Source: an uncultured Acidobacteriota bacterium
Lineage (GTDB): Bacteria; Acidobacteriota; UBA6911; RPQK01; JAPXNP01
Direction of reading: 5' to 3'
NCBI GenBank assembly: GCA_963777605.1
Contig: CAVZRV010000013.1
Location: forward strand, 150,520-214,519
Length of the DNA stretch: 64,000 bases
Below are positions 44,734 through 53,745 of this stretch, one piece after another. How positions within the stretch are numbered: the stretch's first letter is position 1; every line of letters begins with the position of its first letter. Position numbers and translations under genes: made by a program. The notes under the pieces are model-generated. The model saw only the letters and a program-made list of their open reading frames with translations. It had not been told where the DNA came from and ran no database searches.

Positions 44734-44961
44734 TTATTCCTCATCCTCGGGCCAGCTCGAACGCCGGCCCAATTTGCGGCTTGCAGGCAATCCCAAATAA
44801 TCGTCAGCCGGCGTCTCGTGATCGAAAAGGCTCGGCTCGACCTTACGGGGTTGTCGTCGTCGTCGTCGTCGTGGTGACGGTTCCCTGGACTCCTGATCGC
44901 GCCGATCGTAAAACCTGCTCACCGCGCCCCGGATCCTCTCTTCTCTCGTTGGTTCGCTCAT
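44734..44961 (-). CDS. Satellite hypothetical Arg-rich protein
   Basis: 75-aa ORF with an RRRRRR tract, downstream of the origin region. Confidence 0.45.
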   Translation of the reverse strand: MSEPTREERIRGAVSRFYDRRDQESREPSPRRRRRRQPRKVEPSLFDHETPADDYLGLPASRKLGRRSSWPEDEE

Positions 44962-44974
44962 GATTTCCCCACGA

Positions 44975-45252
44975 AGGCTGCCAAATCAGGCGCCCAAGTC
45001 TGCCAAATTCCAGGCACTGGCATAGTTGGCAGGGTTGGCAGACTTGGAAGGCTGCCACGTTGCGAAGGCTGCCACGAAGACTGCCACGAAGGCTGCCATA
45101 CTTGGCATACTTGGTATAAATATATATATATCAATAACTTAGACATGGTATTTATAGCGAAGACTGCCAAGTTTCGGATGAGCCCGAGGTTTGGCAGACT
45201 TCGATGCTCCAGCACCACTCGCCCAAGAAGGTTTGCTTGGCAGACTTGGCGT
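44975..45252. repeat. Putative replication origin (iterons plus AT-rich core)
   Basis: More than 10 CTGCCA/TTGGCA motifs in both orientations, 3x12-bp GAAGRCTGCCAY at 45064-45099, (TA)n tract at about 45115-45131. Confidence 0.7.
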
Positions 45253-46927
45253 GAAGCTCTTTTTTTGCTCGCCATAGGGTCCGTTCGGAGATGCCGGCCC
45301 GGTTTGCTTTCTTCACGACTTCACGGGAAGGCATCGGCCCGTTTCGGAGTAGATCCGCCAGGAATTCTTTTGCCTCGTCGAGTTGCGAATGGTCCTCGCC
45401 GTCGCCCAGGACATCCTCGGCCCTGAGTGAGCTTTCCCCGGTCCAAAAGAAGCGCCCTTCGTCAATCTTGTATCCAAGCGCCGGCCCTTCCGGTGTGAGG
45501 TTGTGCTTGACGTGAAAGATGGCACCCTTCCCCGGTTCCTCGGAATCAGCGCCGGCCAGTAGTCCGGAGCGGGCCGCCGCCATGAACCCGATGCTTCCCT
45601 GGCCTCGGTAGATCGCCTTTCCCTTGGTAGCCTTCGTCAAGTGCCGCAGTACGAGGAAGGCGCATCGGTGGCGCTCTGCGAGTTCGGCCATTCGAGACAG
45701 GAGTGGCCTAACGTGATTGTCGCGGAAGGCGTCCACGTTCGCCCCCAGGTAAACCGAGAGCGGATCAATGACGGTGAGGACCGGCTTAACCGTGGTCAGA
45801 TATTCATCCAGTTTGTCGAGTCCGTCAGCCTCGAAGGAAAGCAACTCGGTCAGGCAGAACAGGCGCCGGAAGTCTGCACCCATCGCCTCGAATCGAGGTT
45901 TGATCGTGTCCGCTAATCCGTCCTCGCCATTCAGGAAAAGGACGTTTGCCGGTGCCCGATCGGCCATTCCAGGCACCCCTCGGCCCAGGGTTACTCCCGT
46001 CGCGATCGCCTGGGTGATGAAGGTCTTTCCGATTCCGGGATCCCCATCGAGCAGCGTCAACTTCCCGATCGGAAGATACGGGTAACTGAGGAATTCAGTC
46101 TCGGTGGGCACCACGTCAACCAGGCAGACCAGTTTGCTCGGTCCTGATTTTTCGGTTTCCGGCGCCCAGTCTCGAAGCCGATCCACCAGAACGCTCAGTT
46201 CCTCGCCGGCGTCGATAGGATCTTTGCCTGCGGCCCAATCGCTCACGTCGAAACCATCTTCACGGTCAGGAGCCAGGTCCAGCACCTTCACCGAGGCCGC
46301 CTTCCCGGAGAGAGCTTCGGCGATCTTTCGGCCACGCTTCCGGCCAGGGGCGTCGGAGTCCACCATCACGGTGACGTGCTTCCGGGCGAGCGTTGCGGTG
46401 TACGAATCGAGCCAGGGTGCCCCAGCGCCACCAGGTGCGGTTGTAGCCGTCAGGCCCATGCTCGTGAGCGTGTCGGCGTCTTTTTCGCCTTCCGGCAGGA
46501 ATACGTAATCCGCGCCAGCCAGCTCGGGCAGTCGATACAGCACCCGCTTGATGCCCTTCAGCCCCCATCTGCCATCGACGGTGTGAACCGGGAATTCCTT
46601 CCCCGGAGTCCGGCAGACATAAAAGAGCGGGTTGCCGGCCGAATCGGCGTACTCGTACCGCGCCAGGATCGGCTCCCCTTTGTAATCGTTGGGAAGTGTT
46701 CCGGGTTGATGTCCGTTTCCATTCGGCCAAGCTCCGAGGCCCTTCAGCGCCTCGATTACGGCTTGCTGATCGCATCCCGCGTGGCACTTGAGCAGCACTT
46801 TTCCGCCAGCCTCAGAAATGGACAGACTCGGGTTGCTGTCATCGTGGCCAGGACATAGTGCCGTCCAGCCGGCTCCGGTTTTCTTCACGCCCTGGAGTGC
46901 GGATAGAACGGTTTCGACGGCTGCCAT
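45152..46927 (-). CDS. Primase-helicase fusion (CHC2-like zinc finger, Toprim, RecA/AAA_25 helicase)
   Basis: CPGHDD..PSL...CHAGC, EGEKDAD, DSD.PG, GDPGIGKT Walker A, VIDP, LRH. Confidence 0.9.
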   Translation of the reverse strand: MAAVETVLSALQGVKKTGAGWTALCPGHDDSNPSLSISEAGGKVLLKCHAGCDQQAVIEALKGLGAWPNGNGHQPGTLPNDYKGEPILARYEYADSAGNPLFYVCRTPGKEFPVHTVDGRWGLKGIKRVLYRLPELAGADYVFLPEGEKDADTLTSMGLTATTAPGGAGAPWLDSYTATLARKHVTVMVDSDAPGRKRGRKIAEALSGKAASVKVLDLAPDREDGFDVSDWAAGKDPIDAGEELSVLVDRLRDWAPETEKSGPSKLVCLVDVVPTETEFLSYPYLPIGKLTLLDGDPGIGKTFITQAIATGVTLGRGVPGMADRAPANVLFLNGEDGLADTIKPRFEAMGADFRRLFCLTELLSFEADGLDKLDEYLTTVKPVLTVIDPLSVYLGANVDAFRDNHVRPLLSRMAELAERHRCAFLVLRHLTKATKGKAIYRGQGSIGFMAAARSGLLAGADSEEPGKGAIFHVKHNLTPEGPALGYKIDEGRFFWTGESSLRAEDVLGDGEDHSQLDEAKEFLADLLRNGPMPSREVVKKANRAGISERTLWRAKKELHAKSAKQTFLGEWCWSIEVCQTSGSSETWQSSL

Positions 46928-46928
46928 C

Positions 46929-47162
46929 TCAGCGGCCCGGCTCGCGGCGATGACTGAGCAGCCAACTATCGAGATCGGAAACCAGGTAGCGAACCGCCTT
47001 GCCCATCTTCAGGAAGGGCGGGCCGGGGGTCCGGTTGGCGAGGTCTCCATCGATGCGGGACTGGCGCAGAAACGAGACGGAGAGACCGATTCGGCGGGCC
47101 GCTTCCTTTTCGTCAATCACCGCGCCGGTACTTGCGTTTGTTTCGGTGGTGTTTCTTTTCAT
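46929..47162 (-). CDS. AlpA/excisionase-like HTH protein
   Basis: EKEAARRIGLS...GPPFLKMGKAVRY...DLDSWL. Confidence 0.85.
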   Translation of the reverse strand: MKRNTTETNASTGAVIDEKEAARRIGLSVSFLRQSRIDGDLANRTPGPPFLKMGKAVRYLVSDLDSWLLSHRREPGR

Positions 47163-47285
47163 GTCGAGTACATGATACACCACGGGAATGCACTAACGTA
47201 TTGCAAGCAAAGGACTTAGAGACTTATATCCTAGCGCGGAAATCAGGCTTTATGCGGGGTTGAGAAATTCCGGCGTAGTTTTATC

Positions 47286-47870
47286 CTACCTGGGGCCGGA
47301 AAGGTAGTTTTTGATCGCGTTGGAGAGTGGCTTGCCTCTCCGGGTGTCGAGCAGTTCAGTGGGAAGGGAAGCGGGGAGTCGCTGCGCGATCCGCTCCCGG
47401 AGATCTGCCGTGTTTCCGATATCGCGGGGCCTGCTTTCGATGACGTAAAGAGCCTGAACCGATGCCACGTAGAGGCCCGGAGGCCGATTCGCGACAGGAT
47501 ATCCGGGCAAGTCCTTGATTGCCCCCTTCTCAGCGTCGAATTGCCATCCCTGCTCAGCCAGGACAGCCATTACCCTGGCCGCTCCCCGGTCCAGTTTGGC
47601 AAGTCTCGCCCCGGCCTGAACGAGCCCCTTCAGTGTCGCCTTCCGGCTTTCGTCGATCGGACCTGGAATAGCCTTGACGGTTTCGAACGCCCGCGCCACC
47701 TTTTCGAGCTCGGCCTGGATCCCCGGCCGGCCCCCGATGGAGGCCAGCATAGGAAGGAAGCGAATCAGGAGCAATTCAAGCGGCTTCTTTCCGGGGGCCA
47801 TCCTGATCGGTTCTTCTACGTCGTCCGGTACGCTTCCAAAGAGCCCAAGCAATAACGCTCGATCATCCAC
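47286..47870 (-). CDS. Satellite hypothetical protein
   Basis: 194-aa ORF between int and alpA. Confidence 0.6.
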   Translation of the reverse strand: MDDRALLLGLFGSVPDDVEEPIRMAPGKKPLELLLIRFLPMLASIGGRPGIQAELEKVARAFETVKAIPGPIDESRKATLKGLVQAGARLAKLDRGAARVMAVLAEQGWQFDAEKGAIKDLPGYPVANRPPGLYVASVQALYVIESRPRDIGNTADLRERIAQRLPASLPTELLDTRRGKPLSNAIKNYLSGPR

Positions 47871-47930
47871 GATTCACCGCCTGTTCTTCAACATGGACAG
47901 AAACCACCAGTTTTTCAACGGCGGCCCGCT

Positions 47931-49106
47931 TTACCTGGGGGGCAAATGCGCATATCGCAGAGTCATTTTGAGATCAGAATGGCCCAGGAGTTCTCGCACC
48001 GTGTTCAAGTCCACGCCCGCCTGAACCAGCCGAGAAGCGAAATGATGCCGGAGATCATGCCAGCGGAATTTCTGGATCTTGGCAAGCCCCAGGACCGTTG
48101 CCCAGGACTTTTTCACGTTGTCCAGTGGTCCGCCCGATTCGGCGGGGAAGACATAGACCGCGCTCGGGTCGCTCTGCGTCTTCCATGATCTGAGGGTGCC
48201 GAGTACAATCAGTTCAGCGGGATATGCCGGGTCTGGCTGCTCTTGGCCGTGGGGCCGTGGATCGTCAGTAGTCCCTCCGCCAGGTTCAAGTCTGCCCACC
48301 GCATCCGGAAGAGCTCGCCCTGGCGGATTCCGGTGTGCATGGAAACCAGTACCATCGGCTTCAGGTAGTCGGCGAAGGGAACCGCTCTAAGGTCCGCGAG
48401 TAAAGGATATTTCCGGGCCGCTCTCCAGGCGTTCCCGCGATCCCTGGCTTGCCGCAGTTCCTCTTCCCGCGTGTCCAGCGCCTCGAGCAGGGCCTTCTGT
48501 TCTTTGGGGTCCAGGTAGCGGACGGGATCGTTGCGGTCTTCTTTGATCGGCTTCACGTTCCGCAGTGGGTGCTCTGCGATCTTGCCCCACTCGGCCGCCC
48601 GGCGAAGACAAGCCCGGATCGCCTGAACATCCCGGTTCACCGTCCTGGCCGTTCTCCCGGCCTTCAGCTTCCCAGTCCTGAACTTCTGAACGTGCCAGGG
48701 CGTGATGCCGGCCAGCGGCAGGGTCGAGAAGGTCCGCGAAGATGTTCCGGATCCGCGTCACCTGTTCCGCCCCGGATCGCGGATAGTGGGCCTTCATGAA
48801 GCTCTCGTAATCGTCGTCCAGGAACTTTTGTAGGGTGAGCTCGCCCGCTGTCGGTAATGTCGGCTCCTCGCCGATCTGGGCTTGCCCCAGCATCCCCTGG
48901 GCAACCTCTCGGGCCTTCTCTGGACTCATGGCAGGATAGCGGCCGAAGGCCTTGCGGCGGTGCCTGGCCCACTCCGCGTAATAGCTCATGGACCCGGAAG
49001 GCTGGACCCGGAGAACGAAGCCCTTCAGCCTCGTGTCGTAGACCTCGAACGGCTTCGAATTTGGTTTCAGAGTTTTGATCAGTTGCTTGCCGATGATGCC
49101 CTTCAT
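47931..49106 (-). CDS. Tyrosine integrase with arm-binding domain, two or more apparent frameshifts
   Basis: D..LKGF.LRV.PSG N-terminus, TGIRQGE, HDLRH, LLGH...MT.RYAH across three frames. Adjacent to the att repeat. Confidence 0.85.
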
Positions 49107-49290
49107 TTTGCCCCCTTGCCCTTATAAGGGAAGTGCCGTTATTGCCTTTATAACGTCAAGGTCATTGTAAAACAGTATACTGACAAGCACCACGGGGTAA
49201 AACAAGGGAGAGAGCTAAGACTTTGCAAAACAGTCACTTACGTCTGTTCTTTTGCACGGTCGTGCATCATGAAATACTGGCAAGATAACG

Positions 49291-49335
49291 CTTACAAACC
49301 GGAGGTCACTGGTTCGATCCCAGTACCGCCCACCA
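49291..49335 (+). repeat. att direct repeat (3' part of tRNA-Val)
   Basis: CTTACAAACCGGAGGTCACTGGTTCGATCCCAGTACCGCCCACCA, identical to 40715-40759. Confidence 0.95.
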
Positions 49336-49527
49336 CCTTTAAAATCAAAGAGTTAAAGAAATTTTTGCGACCAAGAAAATAGCCAAAATCGGCCTCTGAT
49401 CAACACCCGTCAACAGAACAAGAATCGAGGCCAGGTGTGTCTCTCGTAATCACCGCTACCTCTCCTGGGCCAGGAGTCCCGTTCGGGGGGGGGTGGGGGA
49501 GGGGGGAGTCTACGCCGGCGATCCTGC

Positions 49528-49950
49528 CTAGGCCGTCCCAAAGATCAACTCGTCCGTACTTGTCGCCGCTTCGGGATGAGCATCCTTAAGCAGGTGAGAG
49601 TAGACGTCCAGAGTGACGTTGATCGAGCTGTGCCCCATCTACAGTTGGACGTACTTGAGATTCTCTCCCTGGGCGATCTTGAGACTGCCAAAGGTGTGCC
49701 GCAAATTGTGAAATCGAAGCTTGCCGAGTTTTGCACTATTGACTGCCGGCTGAAATCTCCGCTTCACGAAGTTGTCTGCATCAACGGGATTGACTTCGGT
49801 GTTTATGAAAACTTGGCCCAGTGGGTTCTCCCGGACCTTGGTCATCAACTGGTGTTCAAGGAGAATCGTTTTAAGCTTGGGACTCAGGTCTACGGACCGG
49901 CGGGATGCTGCCGACTGGGGATCGTGGAAGACAGGCTTTTTCCTCTCCGT
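49528..49950 (-). pseudogene. Second tyrosine integrase, C-terminal remnant with internal TAG
   Basis: RFHNLRHTFGS...KYVQL*MGHSSINVTLDVYSHL. N-terminus missing. Confidence 0.8.
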
Positions 49951-50310
49951 TGAAAGATTGCCCGACGGACCTGAATCTTGTTTGATTTGAAATCGATGTC
50001 TTTCCACAATGGGATTTCCGGGTTGACGTCCTTCCAGAGATCCAGAAACCGCTTACAGGACCTTCGCGCCCAGCCGCATCTCCCATCATCGCTTTAGCCC
50101 GACCCAAACCCACCAGCGCCGCAGGATATTCGATGCAGTTCGCCTGTAAACGTTCGTCCGGATCAAGGAGTGGCACGTTTCGAATTGCTTCGTCCAACTG
50201 GCGGGGACAGACGTCAAAGAGTATAGTGCGTTCTCACTCGGAGGACTCCGCGATTTGACTGACGTGGCTGATCATCGTCATTTTTGGCCGGTCCACCACC
50301 AGAATAAAGA

Positions 50311-51159
50311 TCACGGAATCCAGCTCATCCGACTCTGGTCCCAGTCGAACTGAACCGAGCTGAATCCGAGCGAAGCCAACCCGGCGATACCGGCTATTCC
50401 CTGGTAATGATGAATCGGAGAATCCAGCCGGTAGGCGTCAACCTGCTCCCGCCTGCTGGACCCGACGGAGAGTTCCCCGTATCGCACCCACTTCAGTTCG
50501 TCCTGAACTCCAATGTGGTAGATGGTCTTGCTGCCGAGGACCTTCTGTCTCCGGTTCCCCTTCTGACGATCGCCGAAAACGATGAGTTGTTCGGCCCCTG
50601 AGTCCAGAAGGAGACAAACAGGCTCCCCTTCGAGGAGCACATTGATCAGCGGAAGATTGTCCTGATACTCGACACCGACAGAGAGTGGAAGGGAATCGGA
50701 TGGCCTCAGAGTGAGAACCCGTGACTCGAAGTCGATCCGGAACGGGACCCGGATCAGTGAATTCATCCCGATGACGGCATCGATGCGATTGCCGATCTGG
50801 GGCAGCAGGGAGGCGAGATCCGCGACAAGAACAGGGACTGGACCGAGTCGGGTGGCCCCGATGTACAACTCATGGATGATCGCGCTTTTCGTTTCGATCT
50901 CCCGGCCGTAGGCGACCGCCTTTCTCGATTGGCACTTCAGGCCCAGTCGCTTCGCAGTGTAGGTGCTCAATACCGGGGCGCTCGCACCGGTATCGATTAG
51001 AAACGCAAGACCGTCGAGCGGACCGATTCGGCCCTTGACGAGAATCATGTAGTTGCGGTAGAGCCGAAATGGAATCTCCTCGGACGGTTGCGATTCCGGG
51101 GCGGCGGGAAGGGGTGCGAAAGTTACCAGAAACAACAATGCGATCGGAAGGGTTTTCAT
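50311..51159 (-). CDS. Secreted double-domain retropepsin-like aspartyl protease
   Basis: Signal peptide, FLIDTGA and LLDSGA motifs, AVIG and GIAG flap-like motifs. Confidence 0.85.
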   Translation of the reverse strand: MKTLPIALLFLVTFAPLPAAPESQPSEEIPFRLYRNYMILVKGRIGPLDGLAFLIDTGASAPVLSTYTAKRLGLKCQSRKAVAYGREIETKSAIIHELYIGATRLGPVPVLVADLASLLPQIGNRIDAVIGMNSLIRVPFRIDFESRVLTLRPSDSLPLSVGVEYQDNLPLINVLLEGEPVCLLLDSGAEQLIVFGDRQKGNRRQKVLGSKTIYHIGVQDELKWVRYGELSVGSSRREQVDAYRLDSPIHHYQGIAGIAGLASLGFSSVQFDWDQSRMSWIP

Positions 51160-51494
51160 GGCCTTTTCTCCTTGGCTGTGGTGTTCGAGCCGAGGAGAAC
51201 AGGCCGGTACTCAAGGAGTCCTGAGGGGAGTCAAAGAAAGGGCTCACCTTTTCATCGGGGAATTCAAAGGAAGTTCAAAGGATCAGCAAGAGATTGCGAA
51301 TGAATGGTTTACGTCCATCCTGTTGACGCTCGGTGTTTTGATGTGTGAGCGTCCCGCGCAGTGTGAAGCGGTCAGTTTTGACGAATGGGTGAGTATGCCT
51401 CAGCGGTTGGACTGGCCCGACGCTTAAACTTGAATCGTTGTTCAGAGTTGAGTCGGCTGTTAAACTCGACCCAACGTTTCCAGAGGGGCGACTC

Positions 51495-53333
51495 ATGGAA
51501 CAGGGTTTCCGGGTCGGCGACTGGCAGGTCCAGCCGGATATAGGCACGATCACCCGGGGGGAGGAGCAGGCCCAGCTCGAACCCAAGGTGATGGAGGTGT
51601 TGGTTTATCTTGCCCGGCATGCCAACGACCTCCTGCCCAAAGAGAAGATCATCCGGGCAGTATGGCCGGATACCTTCGTCACCGATGAGGTTCTCACTAA
51701 TGCCATCTCCGAACTCCGGAAGGCTTTCGGCGATGACGCCAAGAATCCCACCTATATTCGGACTCTGCCGCGACGCGGCTACCGGCTGATTGCCCCGGTC
51801 ACTGGCTTGGCGGGGACGGCAAGCGAAGCTGACGCGGCAAACGAACCGGCTCCGAGGCCGGTCTGGCGACACCCGTTCATCCTTGGCATAGCTGGAGTCC
51901 TGCTCACGGTGATTGTTGCCCTGATGATCTGGCCCCCTAGCTCGGAGGCTCCCGCCGAAGAACCCATCGACTCGATTGCAATCCTGCCTTTCCGGAATGA
52001 CACCGGGGACCCGGAAGCGGGTTACCTTTGCTCCTCGATCCCCGCAAGTCTCAGTGCAAAATTGTGTGAGTTGGGGGGTCTGAGAGTCATACCTTCCAGC
52101 AACCTTTCTCGGTTTCAAGATGTGGTCGTAGAGGCTCATGTTGCCGCGGATCAACTCCGGGTTCGGAGTGTTCTTCAGGGTTGGATCCTCCAGACTGGAA
52201 ATGACCTGTCCATCAGGGTCGAACTGAGCGATGGGCCGAAGAACCGGGTCCTCTGGGGAGAGAGGTATCATCGCCCAGCCGGTGATTTGATTGAGATCGA
52301 AGAGGATATCGTCACAAAGATCACCAATGGCTTGCGCCTCAAGCTAAACAGAAGCGACGAAAGCCGGTTAGCTCGCCGCGTCACCGAGGATTCGGAGGCC
52401 TATCAGGATTATTTGAAGGCGGAATTCCTTCCTTGGGGTTCGACGATCGAAGAACAGAACGCCGGTGCGCTCAGGTCAATTCAGTACTTCGAACGTGCAA
52501 TCCAGAAGGATCCCAAGTTTGCCGCGGCTTACGTGGGGCTCTCCGACGTATATCGGGGCCTTGGTTTTCAGGCCACATCAACGGAGGCCTATTTGAAATC
52601 GAAGGATTTTGCTCAGAAGGCCCTTGAAGTCGGCCCTGAGGTGCCGGGGGTACACTCTTGGATGGCCATCGTCTTGGCCATGTTCGATCGAGACTGGAAG
52701 GGAGCCCAGACGGAGTTCGAGACTGCCAAGGACCTTGGCGGAAACCCGAGCCTGAACAACGACTACACCCGATGGTTGCTGTGGATGGGCCGCGTGGCGG
52801 AAGCGAGAGAGACGGCTGACGCGCAGTTTCAGGCGCGGGATCCACTCGATGTCGGGCAAGGAATCATTGTTTTCTATATGTGCCGTGAGTTCAACCGGGC
52901 ATTAGAACAGGCTATCGAGGGGGACTGGGTCTGGTTCCAGATCCTCGCCTATCAAGCTCTTGATCGAGAGCAGGCGGCCTTTCCCGCCGCTCTGGAGAAC
53001 TCCATGCGAAACGGAGAGCCGGAGACAAACTTACAGGAGTACAGGGAGGTCTTCAGGGAGAATGGCCTCAAGGGGTTCTGGCGGGTCTGGGCCGACAAGG
53101 CCATTGACCGGCAAGATAAACCCTACGACATTGCGGCGGCTTACGCCTATGCCGGGGAGACGGAGTTGGCCTTCAAATGGTTGAACGTGACCTATGAGGC
53201 ACCCGTCTTCATGCCCTTCGTCACCGACGCTCGGTTCGACTCCCTCCGTGACGATCCCCGCTACGAGCAGCTCCTACGCAAGCTGAACCTGCCGGAGGAG
53301 GCGATTGCCATCCACCTGAAGGCGGCTTACTGA
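51495..53333 (+). CDS. Winged-helix (CadC/OmpR-type) + TM + TolB-like + TPR regulator
   Basis: LEPKVMEVL...ISELRKAFGDD...YI.T.PRRGYRL, TM segment, SIAILPF.N, TPR repeats, DPRY..LL.K.NL. Confidence 0.88.
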   Translation: MEQGFRVGDWQVQPDIGTITRGEEQAQLEPKVMEVLVYLARHANDLLPKEKIIRAVWPDTFVTDEVLTNAISELRKAFGDDAKNPTYIRTLPRRGYRLIAPVTGLAGTASEADAANEPAPRPVWRHPFILGIAGVLLTVIVALMIWPPSSEAPAEEPIDSIAILPFRNDTGDPEAGYLCSSIPASLSAKLCELGGLRVIPSSNLSRFQDVVVEAHVAADQLRVRSVLQGWILQTGNDLSIRVELSDGPKNRVLWGERYHRPAGDLIEIEEDIVTKITNGLRLKLNRSDESRLARRVTEDSEAYQDYLKAEFLPWGSTIEEQNAGALRSIQYFERAIQKDPKFAAAYVGLSDVYRGLGFQATSTEAYLKSKDFAQKALEVGPEVPGVHSWMAIVLAMFDRDWKGAQTEFETAKDLGGNPSLNNDYTRWLLWMGRVAEARETADAQFQARDPLDVGQGIIVFYMCREFNRALEQAIEGDWVWFQILAYQALDREQAAFPAALENSMRNGEPETNLQEYREVFRENGLKGFWRVWADKAIDRQDKPYDIAAAYAYAGETELAFKWLNVTYEAPVFMPFVTDARFDSLRDDPRYEQLLRKLNLPEEAIAIHLKAAY

Positions 53334-53371
53334 AGCAGCAGGATATGCAGCAGTCGTCCTCTGCTGTGAGG

Positions 53372-53665
53372 CTAAACCTTGACGCGCTCCTTCAGCCCCT
53401 TGCCGGCTTTGAAGGTGGGCACCGTGCGGGCGGCGATCTGGATGGACTCGCCGGTCTGGGGGTTGCGCCCCTCCCGTGCTTTCCGCCGGGACGTGCCGAA
53501 GGTGCCAAAGCCGGGGATGGTCACGCTTCGTCCCGCATCCAACTCCACCGCGATAATCCCTTTGCCTGACTCGGTGGCGAAGATCGCACTCACGGCATCC
53601 GTGGCCTGAGCCTTCGTCAGCCCAGTATTCTTTGCCAACTTCTCACTAAGTTCCGTCTTGCTCAT
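53372..53665 (-). CDS. HU family DNA-binding protein
   Basis: MSKTEL...GFGTF...R.GRNPQTGE.I.I.A...P.FKAGK.LKE. Confidence 0.93.
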   Translation of the reverse strand: MSKTELSEKLAKNTGLTKAQATDAVSAIFATESGKGIIAVELDAGRSVTIPGFGTFGTSRRKAREGRNPQTGESIQIAARTVPTFKAGKGLKERVKV

Positions 53666-53745
53666 GCTCTTTCCGCGTTGAAAGGTCTGATGGTGATGCA
53701 GTGAGCGATGAATGGGAAGGTGGCTGACGACTGTTCCGGCGGGCG

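Larger units (their letters stand above)
40715..49335 (-). mobile_element. PICI-like phage satellite integrated in tRNA-Val (about 8.6 kb)
   Basis: 45-bp perfect direct repeat at 40715-40759 and 49291-49335. Co-oriented int, alpA-like, primase-helicase, capsid and terS genes lie inside. Confidence 0.85.

Noticed and set aside
40760-49290. Complete prophage or cf-PICI
   Set aside because: No portal, protease, large terminase, head-tail, tail or lysis genes within the att-bounded 8.6 kb.
49639-49641. In-frame TAG in the integrase remnant as pyrrolysine or readthrough
   Set aside because: The gene is 5'-truncated and degenerate. A CAG-to-TAG nonsense change is the simpler explanation.
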